Assembly: GCA_963741205.1 (NCBI GenBank)
Contig: CAVUHW010000034.1
Coordinates: 96,001-160,000 of the forward strand
DNA from: Nitrospirota bacterium
GTDB taxonomy: Bacteria > Nitrospirota > UBA9217
Direction of reading: 5' to 3'
DNA: 64,000 nucleotides
The position numbers and the translations under genes were made by a program. Under the pieces are notes generated by a model. The model saw nothing but the letters and a program-made list of their open reading frames with translations. It was not told the DNA's origin and did not search any database. Of this stretch, positions 32,851 to 43,799 are shown in pieces. Every line of letters begins with the position of its first letter. The stretch's first letter is position 1.

Positions 32851-32967
32851 TTCGTCGTCCCCGAATGACCCTATCGGAGACCCAGCATCTTCAAAGTCTC
32901 TGGATTCCCGATTAAAGCATTCGGGACTGACGTGAAAAATGAGTCCTGCGCGCATTCGGGAATGACG
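32851..32967. repeat. REP-like element plus an extra half arm
   Basis: tcgtcgtccccgaatg..cggagacccag, ctggattcccg..cgggactgacg, cattcgggaatgacg. Confidence 0.8.
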
Positions 32968-32987
32968 TATGACCTTTCGAAGATTGA

Positions 32988-33356
32988 TCAGCTCTTCGTC
33001 ACGAAATACACTCCCACGCAGATGATCAAGATCCCCGTGATGCGCATCAGCGAGAGGTTCTCCTGGAACAGGTAGTAACCGGCCACGGCATTCACTATGT
33101 ACCCCACGGAGAGCAGGGGGTAGGCGTAGCTTACTTCAACCCGTGACAGGACCAGAAGCCAGACCGCTACGCTCACTACATAGCAGGTAAGGCCGCCGAG
33201 GATGAAGATGTTTCCCGCGACCTGGACCGTGATCGGGATGATATTGGCCCAGACGAACTCGAAGTGGCCGATGCGGCGCATGCCTTCCTTCAGGAAGAGC
33301 TGGGCCGCCGCGTTCAGCATCACGCCCAACAGAATCAGGGGAAGGTAGCTCATCAT
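32988..33356 (-). CDS. SMR/EamA-type L-Ara4N-undecaprenyl flippase subunit (ArnE/F-like)
   Basis: 4 TM; NAAAQLFLK, LSRVEVSYAYPLLS; within arn operon. Confidence 0.82.
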   Translation of the reverse strand: MMSYLPLILLGVMLNAAAQLFLKEGMRRIGHFEFVWANIIPITVQVAGNIFILGGLTCYVVSVAVWLLVLSRVEVSYAYPLLSVGYIVNAVAGYYLFQENLSLMRITGILIICVGVYFVTKS

Positions 33357-35032
33357 TTGACCTCTCTATTGACCAGCAGAATATTCCGCCGGCTCCGCGC
33401 GACCGGGTAGAGCGGGAGATGGTTGTCCGACCGGAGCAGGGCATCATAGGTCCCGAGCTCCGTCAGCAGGTAAATCGTCGCCGGTCCTTGCCAGCGCCGC
33501 CAGAACGTCGCCCCGTCGGTCATCCACTGGCGGGTGTCCTCCACCTGTGTACCGAAGTCGAGTTCGCCCCCCCAGTCCACCACGGTGATGCGCCTCTCGA
33601 GGTACACCGGCAGGTCCTGATAATACTCCTGATAGCTTGCCACCTCGTCGCCCGGTTTGAGAAGGGGCTTGAGCGTCTGCGCCAGGCCTTTTACGGACTT
33701 GAAATCGACGCGGGGCGCAGCTGCGTTCATGACGGCAAGAAAGACCGCCGCTGCCGCAACGATTGCGATAAAGGCCGGTTGAAAGCCCCGGTAACGCGCC
33801 AGGGCCCAGGCGATCGCGGCCCCCGCGGCGAGGATGAACGCGATGGCGTAGATGAAGGGGCCGAGGGCCGCCGTCAGTTCCTGGGGAACTACGAAGGGAG
33901 CTGCGATAAACGCCCCTGCCAGCAGGAGCGACGAGGCAAGGTAAACATGATAACCCGCCCTGACCCCGGGAAAATCCCGGCTCTCCCAGGCGTCGGAAAG
34001 ATAACGGCCGATCAGGAGCGCAAGGGGCGGGAATACCGGCAGGATATAGGGCACCAACTTCGAACTGGAGACAGAGAAAAAGAAAAATACCAGCCCTGCC
34101 CAGAGGATGAGAAAGAGCGCGTCGCGATGTTCATGCCGTTCCTTCCAGGAAGCAGGCAGGCTGTGCCTGACCGCCTGGACAAGAAAGGCGCTCCAGGGAA
34201 ACAGGCCCAGGAGCACGACGGGTATAAAGAACCACACCGGCTGATACCGGCTGTGCATTTTCGTCAGATAGCGGAGAAAATGCTCCCGGATAAAGTAAAA
34301 ATTGAAAAACTCCGGGTTGGCCCGTTGGACCAGGATATGCCACGGCGCGGCGATGAGCAGGAAAAGCGCAATCCCTGCGGGCAGCTCCATGTTCAGAAGC
34401 ATGCGCCATTCTCCCAGCAGGATGATCCACGCACCGATGACCATGCCGGGAATGAGAATGCCGATGAGGCCCTTGGTCAGGACCGCGAGGGCGGCAAAGC
34501 CGTAGAAGCTCCACAGGGAGAGCCTGCGCTTCCAGCCCGGCGCCTCGCGCACGCCGACGAGGAAGGCGAGCAGCGACGCGCTCAGCAGGACCGAGACGGG
34601 CATATCGAGAATGATCGCCCGGCCGAGGCCGTAATACAAGAGGCTGGTTGCCAGGACGGAGGCGGCAATGAGCCCGCTCCGGCGCCCGAAGAGGCGCGAA
34701 CCCGCCCAGGCGACCGCCAGACAGCCGAAGGTCGCGAAGATCACCGGCCAGAGGCGCAGCGTGAATTCATCAAGCCCGAAGAGCCTGATGGAAAAGGCTT
34801 CGAGCCAGTAGAACAGGACCGGTTTCTCGAAGTACTTAACGCCGTTTAAACGCGGGGTGACGTAATTGCCGGTTGCCGCCATCTCCCGCGGGATCTCGAC
34901 ATAGCGCCCTTCGTCAGGCACGGAGAGCGGGCGGTTCCCGAGCATGAAGCAGAAGAAGACGCCGATCAGGACGGTCAGTGCAAGCATTTCTCGCGGGGCA
35001 GATCGGCCGGTTTGTCTGGAATCGGAATTCAT
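33353..35032 (-). CDS. arnT: Lipid A L-Ara4N transferase (GT83)
   Basis: PDEGRY.EI.REM, YFEKP.L.YW, LTKG, SKL.PYILP. Confidence 0.92.
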   Translation of the reverse strand: MNSDSRQTGRSAPREMLALTVLIGVFFCFMLGNRPLSVPDEGRYVEIPREMAATGNYVTPRLNGVKYFEKPVLFYWLEAFSIRLFGLDEFTLRLWPVIFATFGCLAVAWAGSRLFGRRSGLIAASVLATSLLYYGLGRAIILDMPVSVLLSASLLAFLVGVREAPGWKRRLSLWSFYGFAALAVLTKGLIGILIPGMVIGAWIILLGEWRMLLNMELPAGIALFLLIAAPWHILVQRANPEFFNFYFIREHFLRYLTKMHSRYQPVWFFIPVVLLGLFPWSAFLVQAVRHSLPASWKERHEHRDALFLILWAGLVFFFFSVSSSKLVPYILPVFPPLALLIGRYLSDAWESRDFPGVRAGYHVYLASSLLLAGAFIAAPFVVPQELTAALGPFIYAIAFILAAGAAIAWALARYRGFQPAFIAIVAAAAVFLAVMNAAAPRVDFKSVKGLAQTLKPLLKPGDEVASYQEYYQDLPVYLERRITVVDWGGELDFGTQVEDTRQWMTDGATFWRRWQGPATIYLLTELGTYDALLRSDNHLPLYPVARSRRNILLVNREVK

Positions 35033-35376
35033 GATAGTCTTTCCGCGGCTAAGGTCCGGGAACATGTCTGAGCGAAAAATCCGTCGATATTTTCCGCTCA
35101 CTTCTAGTCGCAACAGTGCCGCGGTATTCACGCCAGGCCGAAGGCCCGAAAAAAAGAAGATTGTACATCGCGGCGGTGCGGTTTGTCAAACGATTTGTGT
35201 CCGGGCTCAAAGGCTTATTGGCCGTTTATCGCTCTCTCTGTACGGCCCGCTGCAATTTCGGCCAGGGTGCCGGGCCCCTTTGCGGTTTTCATGCTGCCCC
35301 GGGAAGTTCAAATTTATGATATAGTTTTGTCGAAAAAGGTTTTGTTTCAGGACAAAACGAGAGTCGGGAGAAAACC

Positions 35377-35946
35377 ATGAACGATGTCATTGAAGCCATT
35401 AAAAAAAGACGCTCCGTCAGGGCATATGAGGCGAAGCAGATACCCCGCGACCTCCTGAACGCCGTCATCGAGGCGGGGAACGAAGCGCCGTCGGCGATGA
35501 ACAGCCAACCCTGGAGATTCGTTGTCGTAGAGGATCAAGACGCGAAAAAAAAGCTGCTTGCCGCCGCCCTGCCGAAGGCAAAAAAGATCACCGAACAGGT
35601 GAAGGACATTGATCCGGAACGGTATGAAGCGATCAAGAAGCGTTACGCCGAAATGCCGGACCCCGTGTACTACTCCGCTCCCACGATCGTGTTCGTAATC
35701 GGAAACGGCATGTATGCCGGACATTCCTGCCCGCTGGCCTGCGAGAACATGATGCTCGCGGCCCATTCCCTGGGGTTGGGAAGCTGCTGGGTCGGCTTCG
35801 GCTCAATGGTGACTGATGATCCGGAGGTGCGAAGACTTCTTGAATTGCATGATGGAGACTCCCTCTATGGACCGATCCTTCTCGGATACCCGAAGGCACA
35901 TCTCCCGCGGCCCCCCAAGAAGGACCCGAGGGTGAAGTGGGTATGA
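35377..35946 (+). CDS. Nitroreductase family protein
   Basis: RRSVRAY, APSAMNSQPWRF, NMMLAA..LGLGSCW. Confidence 0.93.
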   Translation: MNDVIEAIKKRRSVRAYEAKQIPRDLLNAVIEAGNEAPSAMNSQPWRFVVVEDQDAKKKLLAAALPKAKKITEQVKDIDPERYEAIKKRYAEMPDPVYYSAPTIVFVIGNGMYAGHSCPLACENMMLAAHSLGLGSCWVGFGSMVTDDPEVRRLLELHDGDSLYGPILLGYPKAHLPRPPKKDPRVKWV

Positions 35947-36003
35947 TCATTCCTTGAGGTGCCGGCAGATGAACGGAAAAAATACTTCTGAAAGAGGGCC
36001 ATT

Positions 36004-37524
36004 ATGCGAGTCAAACTTTATTTCCTCTCCGCTTTAGCTGTCGTCGCGTTGTCCTCGTCATTGAGCCGCGCCGATAATAGTGGCTTCGAGATTTCAAACA
36101 TCCAGATGAGCCCTGCCACGGAAAGCTGCATCGCCTGCCATATCCTTTTTACGCCCGGGATCGTTCATGACTGGATGTCGAGCAGGCACTCGAAAACGAG
36201 CCCGGCCTTTGCCTTAAAAAAGCCGGCACTGGAGAGGCGGATTTCGGCAGATACGGTATCCGAAGAACTCTCCGGATATGCAGTGGGATGCTTTGAGTGT
36301 CACAGCCGGAATCCCAGAAAGCATAAGGACAATTTCGATCACATGGGGCACAAAATCAATGTCGTGGTAAGCCCCGAAGACTGCAAGACCTGTCATCCCG
36401 TGGAAGTCGAGCAGTTTGCCGGCAGCAAGAAGGCACACGCGGTAAAAAACCTGATGGCGAACCCGATCTACCACGCAATGGTGAAAGAGATTACCGGCGT
36501 TAAAAAACTGGTGAAAGGCAGCATCGTGACGGAAAAACCATCGGATAAAACGCTGCACGAGAGCTGCCTCGGATGTCACGGGACGAAGGTGGAAGTGAAG
36601 GGAATGAAGAACTTGGCCGTCCAGATGGGCGAGATCACGGTGCCGAACCTTACGAACTGGCCGAATCAGGGCGTGGGCAGGGAAAATCCGGATGGAAGCA
36701 CAGGCGCCTGCACGGCCTGCCACCCGAGACACGGTTTCCTGATCGAGGTAGCCCGGCAGCCTTATACATGCGCACAATGTCATCTCGAACCCGATGTACC
36801 CGCCTGGGACGTATACAAAGAAAGCAAGCACGGTAACCTTTTTTTCTCGATGAACAGGGAATGGGACCTGACCCTGGTGCCGTGGACCGTGGGCAAGGAT
36901 TTCAAGGCGCCCACCTGCGCGGCATGCCACAACAGCCTCCTTGTCTCTCCTTCCGGCGCTCTGATAGCGGAGCGCACGCATGACTTCGGCTCGCGGCTCT
37001 GGGTCAGGCTCTTCGGCCTTATTTACAGCCATGCCCAGCCTCGATCCGGAAATACCAGCGTGATCAGGAACAAGGACGGGCTGCCGCTTCCGACGACGTT
37101 TATGGGAGCACCTGCTGCTGAATTTCTGATCGACAGGGAGGAACAGGATAGGAGGATGCGCGGCATGAAGTCCCTGTGCAACGGATGCCACGGCATGGAC
37201 TGGATCAACGGGCATTTCGCAAAGTTTGAGAGCACAATCGCCGAGACCGATGCGATGACGCGGACGGCGACGGACCTCATGACCTCCGCATGGGACCGGG
37301 GCGTCGAAGACCGGAACAACCCCTTCGACGAGCCGGTCGAGCAGCGGTGGATGAAGCAATGGCTGTTCTACGCGAACTCCGTGCGCTACGCTTCGGCCAT
37401 GACCGGAGCGCCTGATTATACTGCCTTCAAGAATGGCTGGTGGGAGATGACGAGCAATCTCGCGGACATGAAGGAGATGATCGATCTCAAGGCAACAATG
37501 AAAAAGACAGGGCCGCCCCATTGA
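36004..37524 (+). CDS. Octaheme cytochrome c, hydroxylamine oxidoreductase-fold family
   Basis: Signal peptide; 8 CxxCH; WPNQGVGR.NPDGS.G.C..CH.RH.F and ESKHG motifs. Confidence 0.88.
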   Translation: MRVKLYFLSALAVVALSSSLSRADNSGFEISNIQMSPATESCIACHILFTPGIVHDWMSSRHSKTSPAFALKKPALERRISADTVSEELSGYAVGCFECHSRNPRKHKDNFDHMGHKINVVVSPEDCKTCHPVEVEQFAGSKKAHAVKNLMANPIYHAMVKEITGVKKLVKGSIVTEKPSDKTLHESCLGCHGTKVEVKGMKNLAVQMGEITVPNLTNWPNQGVGRENPDGSTGACTACHPRHGFLIEVARQPYTCAQCHLEPDVPAWDVYKESKHGNLFFSMNREWDLTLVPWTVGKDFKAPTCAACHNSLLVSPSGALIAERTHDFGSRLWVRLFGLIYSHAQPRSGNTSVIRNKDGLPLPTTFMGAPAAEFLIDREEQDRRMRGMKSLCNGCHGMDWINGHFAKFESTIAETDAMTRTATDLMTSAWDRGVEDRNNPFDEPVEQRWMKQWLFYANSVRYASAMTGAPDYTAFKNGWWEMTSNLADMKEMIDLKATMKKTGPPH

Positions 37525-37916
37525 TGTTTAAGATTCTGAATGAAAATATTTCTGAACGTTGAACGTTGATCTTTGCACGGTCATTCGATCTTCTGATCCT
37601 CTCATCGGACCAGAGCAGCGACATTTAATTTTGTCGACATCCACGTAGCCAGGCATGCATGTCTCGTCGTCCGATCCAAATTCCATGAAGGTCCGGCCCT
37701 GGCAATGTCGGGGAAATCTGGAATTATAGTCCCCCCCTTGAAGTCAAAACTGAGTTATAATTGATTTATCTGCACAAAATTAAGTTAATCCCGCTGAAAA
37801 CCAGAGAAGATCAAAGCCATCACGATTATATTTCAGAGGAATATCGCACCGGGGACCACGGTCCGTGACAAACGGCGCGTCAAAATCAGCCTGGATCATT
37901 CGCGGAGGCTTTCATC

Positions 37917-38262
37917 ATGCCGGAGATAGAGTTTGAAGGACGAAAAATAGCTATAGATCAAGACGGTTTTCTGGTCAGCCTCGAAGACTGGACGGAATCA
38001 GTTGCACGCATTCTTGCTATTCGGGAAGGCATCGATGAGCTGTCGGAGGACCAGCTCGACATTTTGAAGTTTCATGAGGACCTATTACCGCAAACATCAG
38101 TTCTTCCCGATCGTGCGTTATGTGTGCAAGAATGTCCATCAGCCCGTTAATTGCGTTACGGAAAAATTTATCGATCCGGTCAAGGCCTGGAAGATTGCCG
38201 GCCTGCCGAACCCCGGAGAGGAAGTTAACATGTTCAGATCCTGGGAGCCGCTCGGGTATTAA
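37917..38262 (+). CDS. TusE/DsrC family protein, split by an indel near 38072
   Basis: D.DGFL....DWTE.VA..LA..EGI..L....F.R.YY ... KIAGLP.P; no C-terminal Cys. Confidence 0.82.
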
Positions 38263-38294
38263 AGAACGTCGTGTTGAGGAAAAGGGGGAAAGTT

Positions 38295-40562
38295 ATGCTC
38301 GTACGGAGCGACTTTTTTGCGCTGATCGTTTTAGCGGGTTTCGTATGGGGATGCAGCAGCCCCAACAGCAACGCCCCGGTCTTCGATTCATCCGGGAAGC
38401 ACGCCGCCAATTGGATTGTTGATCACCGGGCGTCTTATGTGGGCAACCCGAGTTCGTGCCAGGAGTGTCACGGCAGCGACCTCAAGGGAGGGATATCGCA
38501 GGTCAGTTGTTTCAGTTCAGATTTCAACGGACAAAACTGCCATGCCAGCGGACCTTCCATCGATCCATCCGGGAAGCACCCCGCGAATTGGATCGTCGAT
38601 CACCGGGCGGCTTTCGTGAGCAACCGGAGACGTGTGCTATGAGTGTCACGGCAGCGATCTGCAGGGGGGGATCTCGCAGGTGAGTTGTTTCAGCCCGGAG
38701 TTTAATGGTCAGGCATGCCATGCCAACGGACCCTGCCGGACACCCCGCTGGGTGGAGAGACCCCGCCCTGCACGGCGCTGATGCCAAATCGCAGCCCGGG
38801 GCCGAGAGCGGCTTTACCAGTTGCCAGAGCTGTCACGGGGCCGACTTTAACGGCGGCTTAACTGGAGTGAGCTGTTTTACCGCAGGCAGGGCCACCGGCC
38901 CGTGCCACGTGACGAACGGCATCCCTGTGGGAGCGCCCCATTCACCCATTCCCTGGAGGACCTATCCGGCTCCGACCCACACTGATACCGTTGATGATGC
39001 GGACGGGTTAAACGCCGCAGTCTGCGCCCTTTGCCATACGCAGGGGGCCAACCTGAGGACCCCGATCATCACCACCTACAACACCGGGTAAACCCGGCTG
39101 TTTCAACAGCACTCTCTGCCATGGCCAGATGGGCCATCCGGCCGGCTGGGCGGATCCGAACAACCACGGCCAGGCAGCCAAGTCCAACCTGACGTACTGC
39201 CAGCAGTGCCATTCGGACAACCCCTTCGGAGGGCCGGGGAGCAACCCGCGTTTCAATGTTCAGCTCGGCAGGCTCGTTGATGCCGCCCTTGGGAATACCG
39301 GATGTGAGGTCTGCCATGCGCCGTTGGCGGCCCATCCCCGGATCATTCAGATCCCCGTCTCCTTCGGCACGATAACAACGCTCAATCCCATCGGCACCCC
39401 GTGGTATCTCCACTGCAAGGCCAGCCCCTCCGGCTTTGACGCCTGCAACCGCTGCCACGGCGCGAACCTGGACGGCGTCGGGGGTGTGACGGGGGCCACA
39501 GGCTGCACGTTCTGCCACCGGAGCGGACTGCCGACCACCTTGAAGAACTGCACCTCCTGTCATGTGTCGCCGCCCAACGGAGCTGTCTATCCCAACAAGG
39601 CGTCCGCCCACGCGAAACACAGCACCCTCAATGTGGCGGACATCTGCGGCCAATGCCACAACGGACTCGGCTCGGTCACCCTCGACCATTTTTCACGAGC
39701 GAAGAACCATACGACGAGCGTACAGGCGGGGGCGGTCCTGTTCGGCGCGTTCGCGCAAACCAACGGGGTGAGCCCCGTCTTACAACGAGACGACCCAGCA
39801 GTGCACCAATACCTACTGTCACGGCGCAACGCTCTCCGGAGGCGCGAACAAGTCGCCCATCTGGAGCGACGCGAACTATCTGACGGCGGCAGGCTGCGGC
39901 ACCTGCCACGGCTTCCCGCCGCCCAATGCCGCCCATGCCGGTTTCACGTCGAGCACGGTCTGCAAAAATTGCCACACGCATGTCAATGCCACCAACACTG
40001 GCTTCGACGATCCCACGAAGCACGTGAACGGCGCAATCGACGTCACGGGCGGAGCGTGCCGCATGCCTTCCCGAATCCCGGCTCGGTCCACGCAACGGCA
40101 GCCGGGACAGCCCCCTTCTCCGGCTGCGTCACATCAGCGGTTGCCATACGAACGGCATCGCCAACAGGGGTGTATCCCGTTGCCGCGGGCACGCCGCCTG
40201 ATTGCCGGGCATGCCACATCAAGCTCGCTCCCGGCAACAGTTGCGGATCGTGCCACGGCATCGCCAGTACCAACGCGCTGACAGCCGGACGGCCGAACGG
40301 CTCTTCATTCCCGGATGTTGCGGGGCGCCATGCGTAGGTCAGACCATAGCTTTGCCTGCACACTTCTGTCACGGATCAAACGGCACAGGCAATGACACCC
40401 ATGGCCCGAGCAACAGGACCGCCCATGGACGATGCCAATGTCGTCATCCAGTTCACCGGAGAAGCGGCTGGCATGACCTATACCCGCAACGTACTTGGAA
40501 ACGGTCATGGCACCTGCAGCGGAAGCTGCCATAATAAAACTCACAGCGGATTAACGTGGTAA
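38295..40562 (+). CDS. Large multiheme lipoprotein cytochrome c (about 21-22 heme motifs, CxxxxCH/CxxCH type), multiply frameshifted
   Basis: Lipobox VWGC; about 14-15 CxxCH plus CX9CH x3, CX5CH, CX4CH and CX3CH across frames. Confidence 0.8.
38383..38735 (+). repeat. Tandem 177-bp (59-aa) diheme module duplication inside the cytochrome
   Basis: D.SGKH.ANWIVDHRA..V.N...C.ECHGSDL.GGISQVSCFS..FNGQ.CHA.GP occurs twice. Confidence 0.85.
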
Positions 40563-40830
40563 GGCTGCCGGCCGATCAGAAGAGAGGAGCGCACTCAATT
40601 GTTTAAGCACTTATAAAATCAAGCTCACTGATTGAACTGGACTGTATGGAGTCAAACATCAGGATAGAATGGAGGACGCGCACCATCCTCGGCGCATCAT
40701 GTTGACTCATTATGCAGGAAATAACGCTGCGGAACTCGATCAAGAACACAACAACTAAAAATTTTTATTTCACGAGAAGTAAGTCACATGATTTTAGCGG
40801 TTTGAGTGCGGGAAACAAGATGCTCTCGAT

Positions 40831-40859
40831 TTGACAGCCTCCCTCCCGGTTGCTATCAT
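40831..40859 (+). promoter_or_regulatory. Sigma70 promoter
   Basis: TTGACA-17-TATCAT with extended TG. Confidence 0.75.
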
Positions 40860-40904
40860 TAAAACCAAAATCCCGACCAATTTATTTTTTTTGGAGGTGT
40901 CGTC

Positions 40905-42139
40905 ATGAAAAGCACGAGAGTACTTTTAGTGGGTCCTTGTTTGTGCGTTGTTACTGATCAGTGCGGCAGCGATACTGTATTCCTGCAGCGGTGGCGGAGG
41001 CGGCGGGGAGGAGCGCGAACTCAGGCACGGTTGCGGTCTACGCCACCGGAGATACTACCCTGAATTCGCTGGTTACCTCGACAACGGGAACAGGCGACAC
41101 CGCCCTGAATACGGATTTGACTTCCACGGCCACCGGAACGAACCTCGATACAGGCGGCACCTCGACGGCCGAGGATAACGGGAACAACGGCAATTCCCTT
41201 ACCTCGCGGATGACGGTAACGATCACGAGCATCGAGCTTGTCAACAAAGGCACCGGAACGAGCTGTCCAGTGCTCACCCCGAAGATCCGATATCCCTGAG
41301 CATCGCGGATCTTTCGAACATAATGCATCTTATCACCGAGGCAGATTGTCCCGCAACGTCTTACAACAGGATCCACATCGAATTCGGGAAAAATTTTCTT
41401 GTGGAGGACAAAGAGGGGAATGAGTCATTCTGCTCCCTAACGTCCTATAAAGGGCAGGGCAACCAACCCAACGTCCTCCAGTGCAACGGAGAGGTATGTA
41501 CCCTGGACATCAACGGCGCGGTGAATGTCCTGGCGAATCAGAAAAACAACGTGTCCCTGAACTTCAACCTGAAAGAGTTCATGGTGAAAGGGTTCGGAAA
41601 TCCGGAGACGTGCACGGTGACCGTAAAGACGTCGCCAATCTGCGGATCGCAGGGGTCGCAGGGAGAGATTCAAGGCCAGCCCGAAAGCATCACGGGGCTG
41701 GTTTCGCACCTGTCTTCTTCAACTTCAACGCAGACCTTCGATTTGACGAAGGGCCACAAGACGTTCACCGTCCTGTATTCAGAAATTACATCGAGTCAGC
41801 AGCCCGGCATCTATGACCTGCTGAAGACGCGCGCAGGACGAAGGGCTCCTGGTGAATGTCCTCTCATCCAGTCTTGAGCACGAAGAGCGGCATCATCACG
41901 CGTCCGCCGTCTTTATGAAAGTCGAAGGCGTTGTTTCGAATCTCGATGCCGCGAAAGGAACCTGCACGATCACCTACAGGGCGGCGGGACGATCGACATT
42001 GTTTATCAGGACTCCGCCAATGACGGCATGCTCAAGGACGGCGCCTGGGTCCCAGTCAGGATCACGGGGTACGACGGTCGATCGATACATCGCATCCTGG
42101 GTCGGGACGGGGAGCGAGGGAAGCGGCACCGATAATTGA
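40905..42139 (+). CDS. DUF4382-like lipoprotein, multiply frameshifted
   Basis: RBS ggagg; lipobox LYSC plus Gly run; GTVAVYAT.D, VTITSIEL, L.FNL. Confidence 0.6.
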
Positions 42140-42266
42140 CATGCGCAGGGGGGCAAACGTTCTCATCAACACCTCGTTTGCCCCCCTGCGGAATATTCCG
42201 GATACGGCTCTGGTACCGGTTTTCACTTGCATTTTGCCTCTCGCAGTCCTGTGCGGCAATGATCTC

Positions 42267-42669
42267 ATGGCCTCCATCCTCATCAAGAGTTTCGGCGTCT
42301 GGCTCCTTATTCTCCTTGCCGCCATTGGCAACGGCGTTTTTCGCGACCTCGTCATGACCCCGAAACTGGGCGACCCAGTGGCACGGGCAATCAGCTGCTT
42401 CACGCTGTCACTCCTCATCGTACTCATCACATGGGTTTTTATCACCAGGCTTGGCATCTTCCGTCAAAAGCCAGTTATGGTCTGTGGGCTGGTTCTGGCT
42501 CGCGCTTACCCTTGCCTTCGAGTTCCTCTTCGGGCATTATGTCGGCGGCAAATCGTGGATGGCTCTCCTCGAGGACTACAATATCGTGGAAGGCAGGCTT
42601 TGGGTCCTGGTGCTCGTGACAACCTTATTAGCACCTCCATTGGCCGGGCGATTGAGAAAGATCGAATGA
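42267..42669 (+). CDS. Conserved hypothetical membrane protein, split by an indel near 42460
   Basis: W...AI.NG.FR ... W..LT.AFEF.FGHY..GKSW..L..DYN...GR.W. Confidence 0.7.
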
Positions 42670-42762
42670 GAAGGCGTGAAGCCCGCCCTTCCGCAAAGCT
42701 TTCACGGACCATGCTATAATAAGCATGCGACAACACTTGAGACACCTTCGAGGAAAGACGTC

Positions 42763-43212
42763 ATGCGATACGCAAGGTATGTGATTGTAGTGCTCCTCCT
42801 GGTCCTATCCGCCTCATACCAGGCCTATGGTCAGGAGGCTAGGCAATCCGGGAAGCCGGCAGATCCGGCGCCTACGGAAAAGCTTTTCACGGCGACCATT
42901 GGGCCTGACGGCATTCAACACGTCGAGATCGTGGGCGGCGAGTATTACTTCGAACCGAATCATATCGTCGTGAAGGTCAATACCCCCGTCGAGCTGAAGG
43001 TGAAGAAAGCGGGCTTCGTGCCACATAAAATCATCGTCAAGGCGCCGGAAGCGGGCATCGATTTCAAGGTCGACCTCGTCAGTGATTGGAAGACCATTTC
43101 CTTTACGCCCACGAAGACCGGAACATATGAAATGATATGCGACAGGAAACTCCTCTGGTTCAAGAGTCATAAGGACCGCGGGATGGTAGGCACTATCGAG
43201 GTGGTAGAGTAG
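42763..43212 (+). CDS. Periplasmic cupredoxin
   Basis: Signal peptide; H..C..H..M ligands (PH, YEMICD, SHKDRGM.G.I.V). Confidence 0.85.
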   Translation: MRYARYVIVVLLLVLSASYQAYGQEARQSGKPADPAPTEKLFTATIGPDGIQHVEIVGGEYYFEPNHIVVKVNTPVELKVKKAGFVPHKIIVKAPEAGIDFKVDLVSDWKTISFTPTKTGTYEMICDRKLLWFKSHKDRGMVGTIEVVE

Positions 43213-43217
43213 GACGT

Positions 43218-43661
43218 ATGCAATATCCCTTAATCGGCAGACAGTTGTTGTTGAATCTCAGGCTGGTGCACGCCTTCTATAACAGCTGCATCATGCTGTT
43301 TTTTTTCTACCACGGCTGGCTCGGATTCACGATCAGGCGCGCGCGAAGGGCAAAGGCCCCGCTTCCGTTCTTGTCGATCAAGCGGCACCGGAAGACGGGA
43401 CCGGTCGTTGCCGCCTTGGGCATTACCGGATTTTTCATAGGTTTCACACTCGTTATGCTCCATACGGGGAAGGTACTCGAATATCCTCCTCATTTTTTCA
43501 CAGGCCTCATTATCGTCATGCTGCTCATGACGACGTGGACGATCTCCCGGAAGATCAAGGGTCCCGATTCTCCCTACCGCACTCCTCATTTTGCCGTGGG
43601 CATAGCCATTCTGTGTTTCTACGTCGTCGAAGCGATCCTCGGTCTCGGGGTATTGTTCTAA
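43218..43661 (+). CDS. DUF4079-like 4-TM His-containing membrane protein
   Basis: Four TM segments each with a His (LVH, RH, PH, PH). Confidence 0.6.
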   Translation: MQYPLIGRQLLLNLRLVHAFYNSCIMLFFFYHGWLGFTIRRARRAKAPLPFLSIKRHRKTGPVVAALGITGFFIGFTLVMLHTGKVLEYPPHFFTGLIIVMLLMTTWTISRKIKGPDSPYRTPHFAVGIAILCFYVVEAILGLGVLF

Positions 43662-43764
43662 CAGTGCGTGCGTCCATCGGCCTCTTCACAACGCAGCCTT
43701 GTAAACACTGCCTTCGGTGCCCTCCCGGGGCGTGCGTCTTCCCGCAATCTATCCGCATTAACAA

Positions 43765-43793
43765 TTGACTTCCCCCTCGCACCTTGCTAATAT
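43765..43793 (+). promoter_or_regulatory. Sigma70 promoter of the pilM-secretin operon (leaderless spacing)
   Basis: TTGACT-17-TAATAT with extended TG, 6 nt before ATG 43800. Confidence 0.65.
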
Positions 43794-43799
43794 GTTACG

